Below, piece by piece: positions 33,608 to 42,505 of a DNA stretch of 64,000 bases. Below the pieces are notes generated by a model that did not search any database, had not been told where the DNA came from, and saw only the letters and a list, made by a program, of their open reading frames with translations. Every line of letters starts with the position of its first letter. Positions within the stretch are counted from its first letter, which is position 1. The position numbers and the translations under genes are program-made. Source of the stretch: Candidatus Eiseniibacteriota bacterium (lineage in GTDB: Bacteria > Eisenbacteria > RBG-16-71-46 > JABDJR01); contig CAVXKA010000001.1 in assembly GCA_963762255.1 (NCBI GenBank), positions 640,001 through 704,000 on the forward strand. Reading direction: 5' to 3'.

Positions 33608-33754
33608 GGCCGACCTCCGTAAGAATGTGAGACGAAGCATACCGCATGAGCGGCGCAGGGGGATTCGACAACCGCCATGCGGGTGAGTAGGCTTCCGGTT
33701 GCCGGGCCGCACCGAGGCCCCGCGCTCGCGTCGACGCACCCTCAGGGAGGACCG

Positions 33755-35167
33755 ATGGGCGTTCTCATCAAGAACGGCACGATCGTCACCGCGCTGGATC
33801 GGTGGGTGGGAGACGTCCTCTGCCGCGACGGACGCATCGTTGCGCTGGGCTCCTCGCTCGAAGGCGCGGCCGATGATGAGCTCGTCGACGCTTCCGGCCA
33901 GTACGTCTTCCCCGGTGGCATCGACCCGCACGTGCACCTGTCCCTTCCGGTGATGGGCACGGTCTCCGCGGACGACTTCGAGAGCGGCACCATTGCCGCG
34001 CTCGCCGGCGGCACCACGACCGTTCTCGATTTCGTGCATCCCGAGCGCGATCAGGACTACTTCGAGGCGCTTCGCGCCCGCCGCGCCGAGGCCGCGCGCG
34101 CCGTCATCGACTACGGCTTCCACATGGGCGTGACGTGGTGGGGCGACGGCGTGGCCGAGGCGCTCGGCCGCTGCGTCCGGGATGAGGGCATCCCCTCGTT
34201 CAAGGTCTACATGGCCTACAAGGACACGGTGGGCCTGGACGACCGCGATCTCATTCGGGTGATGCGCGCGGTGGGCGATTTGGGCGGGCTTCTCATGGTC
34301 CACGCGGAGCACGGGGACATGGTGGAGGAGTTGCGCAACCGGTTCGCCGCGGAGGGAAAGACTGCGCCGCGCTACCATGCCCTCTCCCGCCCCCCGGCGC
34401 TGGAAGGCGAAGCGGTGGGGCGCGCGGCGATCCTCGCCGCGTTCAACGGGGTGACCCTCTACGTGGTCCACGTCACTTGCCGCGAGTCGCTTCACAACCT
34501 GGCCGAGGCCCGCGAAGGCGGTGCCCGCGTGCACGGCGAGACCTGCCCGCACTATCTGCTCCTCGACGACTCCGTCTACGACCAACCGTGGGATGCCGCC
34601 GCCCGTTATGTCCTCTCTCCCCCCATCCGCGCGAAGGGCCACCAGGAGGCGCTCTGGGAAGGACTCAAGGCGGGGATCCTCGAGGTCGTCTCCACCGACC
34701 ACTGTCCCTTCAATACGCGCGGGCAAAAAGACGCCGGGCGCGACGATTTTCGCAAGATCCCCAACGGCGCGGCCGGGATCGAGCACCGCATGGCGCTCCT
34801 CTACACGCATGGCGTGGGCACGGGGAAGATCGACCTCTTCCAGTTCGTGGATCTCACCTCCACACGAGCGGCGCGCCTCTTCGGGCTCTACCCGCGGAAG
34901 GGGTCGATCACCGTGGGAGCGGACGCGGATCTGGTCGTCTGGGATCCCGAGGCGACCGGCGTGATCTCGGCGGGGACCCACCACCATCGGTGCGACGCCA
35001 GCATCTACGAGGGGTTTCCCTTACGAGGCCTCCCCTCGACGGTCCTCTCCGGCGGACGTATCCGATTCCACCGCGGCGACTTACGGGCTGAACCCGGGTC
35101 CGGACGGTTCCTCGCTCGGCATGTCGGCACGCTGGAGCGCACAAGAAGGCCCGGGTCACCCTCGTAG
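33755..35167 (+). CDS. hydA: Dihydropyrimidinase/hydantoinase
   Basis: IDPHVH, SFKVYMAY, HAE, GETCPHY, STDHCPF and IPNG motifs; GGGAGG RBS. Confidence 0.93.
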   Translation: MGVLIKNGTIVTALDRWVGDVLCRDGRIVALGSSLEGAADDELVDASGQYVFPGGIDPHVHLSLPVMGTVSADDFESGTIAALAGGTTTVLDFVHPERDQDYFEALRARRAEAARAVIDYGFHMGVTWWGDGVAEALGRCVRDEGIPSFKVYMAYKDTVGLDDRDLIRVMRAVGDLGGLLMVHAEHGDMVEELRNRFAAEGKTAPRYHALSRPPALEGEAVGRAAILAAFNGVTLYVVHVTCRESLHNLAEAREGGARVHGETCPHYLLLDDSVYDQPWDAAARYVLSPPIRAKGHQEALWEGLKAGILEVVSTDHCPFNTRGQKDAGRDDFRKIPNGAAGIEHRMALLYTHGVGTGKIDLFQFVDLTSTRAARLFGLYPRKGSITVGADADLVVWDPEATGVISAGTHHHRCDASIYEGFPLRGLPSTVLSGGRIRFHRGDLRAEPGSGRFLARHVGTLERTRRPGSPS

Positions 35168-35310
35168 TCCCGGGGCCCGCACGTTGCCCCAATGCCGCAC
35201 GTACGTTCATTCGGAATCGTCTGCTTACGGTTGAGGATAGGGAGCCGGGGGGCCAACCTCGATAGCTTGACAGCGAGACGTTCTGTGTCACTACCTTGCA
35301 GGCTAGCTAT

Positions 35311-35916
35311 ATGTCTATCTCTCGAAACAATGTCCAAGTCAGCGCATTCAATCCTGCGCCCCCGCTCCCCTTCGAGTTGCGAGTGCGGGATTTCCAAATG
35401 GCGATGCAGGACGTGTATGACTTCTTCTATGATGTGAATTCTCACTTGACTAGCAGGGGTTTGCTGAGGCTGGACGACATGCTGCGTCCCGCAATCATGT
35501 CGGGCCTCCTATCCGACATGCTGACCGCCAGCCTTGCCAAGCACTCGAGAGTCCTGAGGGAGAATCAGTACTTCAACGGCCACCCCGATCTGATCGTACA
35601 AGGCGTCTATCCCGGCAATGCCGTCAAGGCGGGTTCGGATGGCGTTGAGATCAAGACGACTAGAAAGGCGGGCGGGGCCGTCGATACCCACGGGGCCCGC
35701 GAACAGTGGATGTGTGTCTTCGTGTATGGCGTAGACACGGAAACGGAACCTGCTCTCGATCGCCTCCCCATGACCTTCAGGGAGGTCTATCTCGGACACG
35801 TCGTCAGCGATGATTTCAGACGGAATCCACGCAGCGAGCTTGGCACGCGCACGGCCACCCTGCACAAGGACGGCATCCAGAAACTCCGCCAGAACTGGAT
35901 CTACCGTTTGGGGTGA
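35311..35916 (+). CDS. Putative type II restriction endonuclease (PD-(D/E)xK fold)
   Basis: HPDL...GVEIK motif; converges on and overlaps a methyltransferase gene; lower GC. Confidence 0.7.
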   Translation: MSISRNNVQVSAFNPAPPLPFELRVRDFQMAMQDVYDFFYDVNSHLTSRGLLRLDDMLRPAIMSGLLSDMLTASLAKHSRVLRENQYFNGHPDLIVQGVYPGNAVKAGSDGVEIKTTRKAGGAVDTHGAREQWMCVFVYGVDTETEPALDRLPMTFREVYLGHVVSDDFRRNPRSELGTRTATLHKDGIQKLRQNWIYRLG

Positions 35917-37058
35917 TTCCCATTCGGGGTGAAGCGGGTCAGTTTGGGGATCGCCTCGCAGGCCATCGTGAAGAAGTGCTCGTCCTTCTCCACTCCGACA
36001 CTCGCATATCCTACGGCCTCCGCAGCTGCCAGGGTCGATCCCGCCCCGGCGAACGGGTCGAGGACGACGCCCCTTCCCAAAGGCAGCGCTGCTCGCACGA
36101 GTTGTCGAAGGAACGACTGCGGCTTGAGGCTCGGGTGGGGAGCTAGGTTGCGCTCCGCCTTACGTGTCGGCAGCGAGCTGATGACATCCCCGAATGGCTT
36201 GTCCTGAGATGGCCGGCGGAATCCTCCGGTATGCCACTTCCTCAAATTGTCCTGCACTCGTCCTTCAATGGGCTTACGGTACACGATCCACGGCTCCCAC
36301 ATGGATCGAGGCATGACGCTGATTTCCGGAAACTCCTCGTGTGCTGCCTTGGGGCGGTCCCCCCCCCTCATGGTCATCGTCAACCGAACAACTTCCCCCC
36401 GACGTTCCAACCCGGCATCCGCGAGCGCGCCGGAAACCAGATAGGACAGAAGCGGATTGGACGCGATCACGACGTGAGCACCGGGAACGAGTTTCGGCAG
36501 CAGCAGTCGCGCCCAGACAAAGAAGTAGGTGCGCAGGTACTCTAGCTGCGCCGGGGCAAGAGTCGTGAATCTCGGGAGCGGGGAACGCACGTGACCGTCA
36601 AACGACGGGGGGATACGCCAGACCCCTCCCTTCCCATTGCGGAGCTTCGCCTGTTGTTCGGCCGTGTATTCGTGCAGACCGTAGGGAGGGTCCGTCACGA
36701 CGGCGTGGAAACTGTGGTCCGGCTGCTGTTCCAGCCAATCGAAACAGTCGGCATGATGCAATGTCGCTTTGCCGAACGTCGCCGGGGCGGCCCAGTCCTC
36801 TTCCAGCGACAATTCCCGTTGGATCCCCGCCCCCCCCACTGGTCGAACGGCGTAGGAGCCCCGGCCTTCCCGGACAAACATCCCCGGGGTATTCAATCGG
36901 AGATAGGACCGGATCGAGGACCCGGCAGTGGGGCCGATGACCTGGCTGACGCGTTCCTCAATCTCCTTGACGGAGAGTGCCTTGGAGGTAAGCGACATCA
37001 CTTGCAGGATGCCATCCCTCACGTGACCAGGAGAGTATCTGACTCGGTCATCCTTCAT
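35901..37058 (-). CDS. Beta-class N4/N6 DNA methyltransferase with N-terminal winged-helix-like extension
   Basis: DPPY precedes HPSLKP and DPFAGAG. Confidence 0.9.
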   Translation of the reverse strand: MKDDRVRYSPGHVRDGILQVMSLTSKALSVKEIEERVSQVIGPTAGSSIRSYLRLNTPGMFVREGRGSYAVRPVGGAGIQRELSLEEDWAAPATFGKATLHHADCFDWLEQQPDHSFHAVVTDPPYGLHEYTAEQQAKLRNGKGGVWRIPPSFDGHVRSPLPRFTTLAPAQLEYLRTYFFVWARLLLPKLVPGAHVVIASNPLLSYLVSGALADAGLERRGEVVRLTMTMRGGDRPKAAHEEFPEISVMPRSMWEPWIVYRKPIEGRVQDNLRKWHTGGFRRPSQDKPFGDVISSLPTRKAERNLAPHPSLKPQSFLRQLVRAALPLGRGVVLDPFAGAGSTLAAAEAVGYASVGVEKDEHFFTMACEAIPKLTRFTPNGNHPKR

Positions 37059-37230
37059 GACGCGGAATGCTAGACGTTTGGACGTCTTTTGTCAACATCG
37101 AAGACCGGGGCGGGTGCGGCCCTTACTGGCCACGCCGCACCCACGCACGGCGTCCCCCGCGGAAGGGTACCCATGGGCGACCCTTTCTCCAAGTCGCCTC
37201 GACTTTCCGTCCAGGTCCTGGCTCTCCCGG

Positions 37231-37261
37231 TTGACACAGTCTTGATTTAGATTTAGTCTAC
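37231..37261 (+). promoter_or_regulatory. sigma70-type promoter overlapped by a TTAGA-N5-TCTAC operator
   Basis: TTGACA 37231, 17-bp spacer, TAGTCT 37254; ATG starts 7 nt after the -10. Confidence 0.7.
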
Positions 37262-37266
37262 GTCAC

Positions 37267-37665
37267 ATGAAAGACGCGCTCGCGGTTCTCAAGGACCACG
37301 GCATCCAGCCAACCCCGCAGCGGATCGCGCTGGCGGAGTGCATTCTCGAGGAGACCTCCCACCCGACCGCGGATCAGGTCTGGGAGCGGGTGCGATCGAG
37401 CTGCCCCACGATCTCCCGGGCGACGGTCTACAACACGCTCAACTTGTTCGTGGAGAAGGGGATCCTCAAGGCGCAGGTGCTGCGTGAGGGGACCGTGGTC
37501 TTCGACCCGTTCACCGCCGCGCACCATCACTTTATCGACGAGGAGACCGGCCAGATCGTCGACATCCCCTGGGATGCGGTGAGGGTGGAGGGGAGCGCCT
37601 CGCTGGACGGCCTCGAAGTCCGCGAGTTCCAGGTCGTCATGCGTGGGCGTCGGAAGAAGCCCTGA
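37267..37665 (+). CDS. Fur-family peroxide regulator (PerR/CatR-like)
   Basis: TPQR, HPTAD, SRATVYNTL and HHH motifs; precedes catalase. Confidence 0.88.
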   Translation: MKDALAVLKDHGIQPTPQRIALAECILEETSHPTADQVWERVRSSCPTISRATVYNTLNLFVEKGILKAQVLREGTVVFDPFTAAHHHFIDEETGQIVDIPWDAVRVEGSASLDGLEVREFQVVMRGRRKKP

Positions 37666-37694
37666 CCGGCGGGCCCCCTTTTTTTGCACCCAAC

Positions 37695-37709
37695 TTAGAC
37701 GCTATCTAA
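37695..37709. promoter_or_regulatory. Palindromic Fur-family operator upstream of catalase
   Basis: TTAGA-CGCTA-TCTAA; same pattern as 37247-37261. Confidence 0.65.
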
Positions 37710-37755
37710 ATCAGGACACCATCCAACGAAGAACCAGAGACGGAGGCACAGAACC

Positions 37756-39189
37756 ATGAAGAAGAAGCAACTCACCACCGCCGCCGGCATCCCCGTCGGT
37801 GATAACCAGAACTCGCTAACCGCGGGACCGCGAGGCCCCATCCTCGTCCAGGACTGGCAGCTCTTCGAGAAGCACGCGCACTTCAACCGCGAGCGCATCC
37901 CGGAGCGGGTCGTGCACGCGAAGGGCTCGGCGGCGTACGGCGCCTTCACCGTCACCGGCGACATCACCCGCTTCACCAAGGCCGCGATCTTCTCGTCGGT
38001 CGGCAAGAAGACCGACCTGCTTCTGCGCTTCTCCACGGTGGCCGGCGAGCGCGGCGCGGCGGATGCCGAGCGCGACGTGCGCGGCTTCGCGCTCAAGTTC
38101 TACACGGATGAGGGAAACTGGGATCTGGTCGGCAACAACACCCCGGTCTTCTTCGTGCGCGATCCCTTCAAGTTCTCCGATTTCATCCGCACGCAGAAGC
38201 GCGATCCCAAGTCGAACCTACGCAACACGACCGCGATGTGGGACTTCTGGTCCCTCTCCCCCGAGAGCCTCCACCAAGTCACAATCCTCTTCTCCGACCG
38301 AGGGCTCCCGAAAAGCTACCGTCACATGCACGGCTTCGGCAGCCATACCTACAGCCTCTTCAACGCGAAGAACGAGCGGTTCTGGGTCAAGTTCCACTTC
38401 AAGACGATGCAGGGGATCCAGAACCTCACGGACGATGAGGCCGCACGCATCGTCGCCGGCGACCGCGAGAGCCATCAGCGCGATCTCTTCGACGCGATCG
38501 AGCGCGGCGAGTATCCCAAGTGGCGCGTCATGGTGCAGGTGATGCCGGAGAAGGACGCTGATAAGACCTCGTACAACCCCTTCGACCTCACCAAGGTCTG
38601 GCCGTACGCGGACTACCCGCTCATCGAGGTCGGCGTGATGGAGCTGAACCGGAACCCCGAGAACTACTTCGCGGAGGTGGAGCAGGCGGCCTTCTCGCCG
38701 GCCAACGTCGTCCCCGGCATCGGCCACAGCCCGGACAAGATGCTCCAGTTCCGAGTCGTCTCGTACGCGGACGCCCATCGCTATCGTCTCGGCGTCAACT
38801 ACGAGAGCCTTCCCGTGAATCGGCCGCGCTGCCCGGTGAACACCTATCACCGCGACGGAGCCATGCGCTTCGACGACAACGGCGGCGCCTCGGTGAACTA
38901 CGAGCCGAACAGTTTCGGGGGCCCCACCGAGGACCCTCGCTTCAAGGAGCCGCCGCTGCGCATCTCCGGCGATGCCGACCGCTACGACCATCGGGCCGGC
39001 AACGACGACTTCACGCAGGCGGGAAACCTCTATCGCCTCATGCCCAAGGACGAACGCGAACGGCTTCACGTTGCCATCGCGGGCGCGATGCGAGGAGTTC
39101 CTCAAGAGATCGTCGACCGCCAGCTCGCGCACTTCGAGAAGGCCGATGCCGCGTATGCGGCCGGCGTGCGCCGGGCGCTGAAGGGCTGA
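37756..39189 (+). CDS. katA: Monofunctional small-subunit haem catalase
   Basis: [29 protein letters not shown] and [11 protein letters not shown] motifs. Confidence 0.97.
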   Translation: MKKKQLTTAAGIPVGDNQNSLTAGPRGPILVQDWQLFEKHAHFNRERIPERVVHAKGSAAYGAFTVTGDITRFTKAAIFSSVGKKTDLLLRFSTVAGERGAADAERDVRGFALKFYTDEGNWDLVGNNTPVFFVRDPFKFSDFIRTQKRDPKSNLRNTTAMWDFWSLSPESLHQVTILFSDRGLPKSYRHMHGFGSHTYSLFNAKNERFWVKFHFKTMQGIQNLTDDEAARIVAGDRESHQRDLFDAIERGEYPKWRVMVQVMPEKDADKTSYNPFDLTKVWPYADYPLIEVGVMELNRNPENYFAEVEQAAFSPANVVPGIGHSPDKMLQFRVVSYADAHRYRLGVNYESLPVNRPRCPVNTYHRDGAMRFDDNGGASVNYEPNSFGGPTEDPRFKEPPLRISGDADRYDHRAGNDDFTQAGNLYRLMPKDERERLHVAIAGAMRGVPQEIVDRQLAHFEKADAAYAAGVRRALKG

Positions 39190-39231
39190 CAGGGGATCGA
39201 TTCGAGCGGCAACGCGCGAAGAGCGGAGAGC

Positions 39232-39263
39232 AAAACGAAACCCCCGGGCGGTATGCCCGGGGG
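39232..39263 (-). terminator. Intrinsic terminator; U-tract on the minus strand, possibly bidirectional
   Basis: CCCCCGGGC-GGTAT-GCCCGGGGG preceded by AAAACGAAA. Confidence 0.7.
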
Positions 39264-39270
39264 CTTCTCA

Positions 39271-39490
39271 GTAGCGACACCTGGGGGGGGTAGGTTCGCT
39301 ACGTCACCCTGAAAACCACCCTGCGGGTGAGATAGGGGGCAACGGCGCCTCACGGGGTGCCGCGCTGCCCTACGACCTTGCGGCCGCACCCCATGTATCG
39401 GATCGGCTCTCCCCGACTTGATCGCTTTCGCCGCCGCGGAACCGGAGCGCGAGTTTTCACCCAACCCGCCCGGGTCGGGCCGCCTAACTG
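39271..39490 (-). ncRNA. Candidate structured ncRNA A (unknown family)
   Basis: Several stems with GCAA/GAAA/GUGA loops and G-U pairs that work only on the minus strand; terminator follows. Confidence 0.5.
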
Positions 39491-39528
39491 GCTGGTAGAC
39501 TTCACGTCCCCACCACGAGGAGGCCCGC

Positions 39529-41127
39529 GTGATCCCCGATTCCGAACACAAGTTCTTCGAGGCCGTCGAGCGGCGCATCGAGCACCTGGCGCGCCATCGC
39601 ATGGAGAACGAGTCGGCCCTCTACGCCGGCATGCCGCTCCCCTGGGATCCCGCGGACCTCTGCGCGCGCCAGGCCGGTGTGGTTCAAGAGGGGGACTTCC
39701 CGGCCCGTCTCGAAGCGGCCTTCGGCATGGACCCGACACCGGAAGAGCACCGTCACCTCGATCGGCTGCATCGCTGGGTGATCGCCACGCTCTTCGAGAC
39801 CCATCCCGATATCGCGCCCCTCGTGCAGGAGCTTCGCGAACGGCAGATCGCGTTCCGCCCGTGCGTGGGCGATCGCGAGGTCTCGCGGGCCGAGATCCGC
39901 CGCATGCTCCTCTCGGAGCCGGACCGAGGGCTTCGCGAGATGGCGTGGAGGTCCACGGTTCCCCTCGGTGAAGCGATCGAGGAGGATGCGACGGAACTCC
40001 TTCGGCGCCGCGAGGCGCTTGCGCGAGCGGTCGCCGGCTCGGGTTTTCCGGAGATTGCGTTCCACGTCATTGATCAGGATCGCGCCGAGGCCGTGGGGCT
40101 TGTCGATGCCGTCGAGCGATTCACCCGCGGAACGTACCAGGAGGCGAAGCGCGAGATCCGCGCCGTGCTTGGCCTTCAGGATGTGGAACCATGGGACGTG
40201 GACTACGGCCTCATGCGCCTGAGCCCGCTTCCTCCGGACGCGTTCGAGGCCGTGCCCACGTTGGATGCCGCGCGCGCGCAGGCGCACCGATGGGGGTTCG
40301 ACCTCGACGGCGCAGGCGTGCGCTGGGAAGCGTGCGATCTCCCCTTCGACGCGTTGGTTCTCCCGGTGGAGTCCCCCGGCGAGATCCGCATCCTGCACGC
40401 ACCATTTGTGGGATACGACGGTTTCGGCGCCGCGTTCAACGCTGCGGGCCGCGCGCTCGGCGGGGTGCGCGCCCGCTCGCACAGTCCTCTCCTCGATCGC
40501 GAGTCACCGGTCATGATCGAGGCGGCGGGGGCACTGTTCGAAGAAGTGACGCGCCAACCGGCCCGGCTCGCCGAGATCACCGGCGCTCCCCCCCCCGCCG
40601 TGCGCACGCACCTGCGCGCCGCCCGCTTCGCCCGGGTGATCGCGCTTCGCCGTCACGCGGCCGCCACCGCCTTCGAGAACCTTGCCTACGCCGCGTCCAG
40701 CCTGAAGCCGCAGCGACTCCACGCGAACGTCACGGAGCAGATGCTGGAGGAGACGCGCCGTCCGGAAGTGCTCTGGCCGGGCGATCCGTTCTGGGTGAGC
40801 CGGCCGCTGCACGGCGCTTCGATGATTCTCGGCGTGCTGATCGCTGCGCAGACATGGGAGCGATTGCAGGCTGAGATTCCCGAGGCGTGGGCCCGTGAGG
40901 AAGCCGGCACGTGGCTGCGCGAGCACCTCTTCGGGCCCGGAGCAAGCGAGGACTGGAGAACCAGGGTGGCGCGTGCCACCGGGGCCCCGCTCGGGATTGA
41001 CGCGTTCGCGAGGGAGATGGATCTCAGCGTGAAGAGCGCGGCGCTCGCCGACGTGGAGGAATTGTCGGACGCGGCGGTGGCCGAGTACTTCAAGGACATC
41101 GACCTCAGCGACATCGACAGGGACTGA
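39529..41127 (+). CDS. M2/M3 gluzincin-like protein lacking HEXXH
   Basis: EPDRGLREMAW, RREALARAV, VEPWDVDY and LFGPGASEDW..V..ATG peptidase-like motifs; GAGGAGG RBS. Confidence 0.7.
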   Translation: MIPDSEHKFFEAVERRIEHLARHRMENESALYAGMPLPWDPADLCARQAGVVQEGDFPARLEAAFGMDPTPEEHRHLDRLHRWVIATLFETHPDIAPLVQELRERQIAFRPCVGDREVSRAEIRRMLLSEPDRGLREMAWRSTVPLGEAIEEDATELLRRREALARAVAGSGFPEIAFHVIDQDRAEAVGLVDAVERFTRGTYQEAKREIRAVLGLQDVEPWDVDYGLMRLSPLPPDAFEAVPTLDAARAQAHRWGFDLDGAGVRWEACDLPFDALVLPVESPGEIRILHAPFVGYDGFGAAFNAAGRALGGVRARSHSPLLDRESPVMIEAAGALFEEVTRQPARLAEITGAPPPAVRTHLRAARFARVIALRRHAAATAFENLAYAASSLKPQRLHANVTEQMLEETRRPEVLWPGDPFWVSRPLHGASMILGVLIAAQTWERLQAEIPEAWAREEAGTWLREHLFGPGASEDWRTRVARATGAPLGIDAFAREMDLSVKSAALADVEELSDAAVAEYFKDIDLSDIDRD

Positions 41128-41205
41128 GCGACCCCGCGGACCCGCTGATCGCTGACTCCGATGCTACAATGGGGGACCACACCGCTGAAGAGGAGGTAGC
41201 ACCCG

Positions 41206-42354
41206 ATTTACGAGGTCAAGGCGCTCGAAGACCGCAAGGAGCGGGCCGTGCTGGTCGGCCTGGTCCCGTCCCCGACCGAAGAAGACTCCCTCGATGAGCT
41301 TTCTCTCCTCGCCCAGACCGCCGGCGCCGAGGTCGTCGACCGGCTCCGCCAACGCCGGGATTCCATCCGCGCCGGCACGTTCCTGAGCCGGGGCAAACTG
41401 GAACGGCTCAAGGAACTCGCGCGCGAAGCCGAGATCGATCTCGTCATCTTCGACGACGATCTCTCCCCCGGCCAGGTGAAGAACCTGGAGACTCAGCTCG
41501 AGTGCAAGGTGGTCGACCGCAGCGAGCTGATCCTCGCCATCTTCGCCGAGCGCGCCCACACGCGCGAGTCCCGCCTCCAAGTCGAGTTGGCACAGCTCGA
41601 GTACCTCCTCCCGCGGCTCACCCGAATGTGGGTCCACCTTTCGCGTCAACAGGGTGGCATAGGCACCCGAGGCCCCGGCGAAACCCAGCTCGAAGTCGAC
41701 CGCCGCCGGGTGCGCGAGAAGATCGCGTTTCTCAAGAAACGGCTCGAGGAGGTGGACCGCGAGCGGGAAGTGCAGCGCTCGCGCCGCCATCGCGTGCACC
41801 GCTGCGCGCTGGTGGGGTACACGAACGCGGGCAAGTCCACGCTCATGAACGCGCTCACCGGGGCCGGTGTGCTCACCGAGGACAAGCTCTTCGCCACCCT
41901 GGACGCCACCACCCGGCGCTACCGGTTTCCCGAAGGACAGGTGACGCTCTTCACCGACACCGTGGGGTTCATCAGGAAGCTCCCGCATCACCTGGTCGCC
42001 TCGTTTCGCTCCACCCTGCGCGAAGTCATCGAAGCCGATCTCTTGCTCCACGTCGTGGATGCATCCAACCCGGCCGCTGAAGAGCAGATTGAGACCGTGT
42101 ATCAGGTACTCGAGCAGATCGGGGCGGCAGGCAGGCCGACGATTCTTGCGCTGAACAAGGCGGATGTGGCCGACGAAGCCACCCTCCTTGGGCTGCGAGC
42201 CCGACACGCCAGGTCGGTTGTCTGTTCGGCCGTGCGGCGTGCGGGGCTCGATGATCTGCGGGCCCGGGTCCTCGAGGAAGTGATCCGTTCGGATGGCCGG
42301 CCGGCCACCGGTGAAGGGGCCCACAGCGATGCTTCCACAGAATCTCCCATGTAA
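41206..42354 (+). CDS. hflX: Ribosome-splitting GTPase HflX, probable ATT start
   Basis: GIGTRGPGETQLE, GYTNAGKS, LFATLD, DTVGFI and NKAD motifs. Confidence 0.95.
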   Translation: MYEVKALEDRKERAVLVGLVPSPTEEDSLDELSLLAQTAGAEVVDRLRQRRDSIRAGTFLSRGKLERLKELAREAEIDLVIFDDDLSPGQVKNLETQLECKVVDRSELILAIFAERAHTRESRLQVELAQLEYLLPRLTRMWVHLSRQQGGIGTRGPGETQLEVDRRRVREKIAFLKKRLEEVDREREVQRSRRHRVHRCALVGYTNAGKSTLMNALTGAGVLTEDKLFATLDATTRRYRFPEGQVTLFTDTVGFIRKLPHHLVASFRSTLREVIEADLLLHVVDASNPAAEEQIETVYQVLEQIGAAGRPTILALNKADVADEATLLGLRARHARSVVCSAVRRAGLDDLRARVLEEVIRSDGRPATGEGAHSDASTESPM

Positions 42355-42505
42355 CCGCTTTCCCTATAGACGCGAATTGCATTATACTGTCGAACGTTGA
42401 TTCCCCCAGACTGCCCCGTCGGGCCGACAAGCACCGGCCGGGGCGAGACGCCTTTGGTTTCTGTCCCCGCTACGGTCTGGACGACAGATAAGGGGCACTA
42501 GGGGA

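Noticed and set aside
31286-34987. 1233-aa Mo enzyme and similar long 5' extensions (14638..17796, 26089..28383, 60057..62357, 60168..62060)
   Set aside because: The extensions are stop-free shadow frames overlapping real genes in high-GC DNA; true starts are internal
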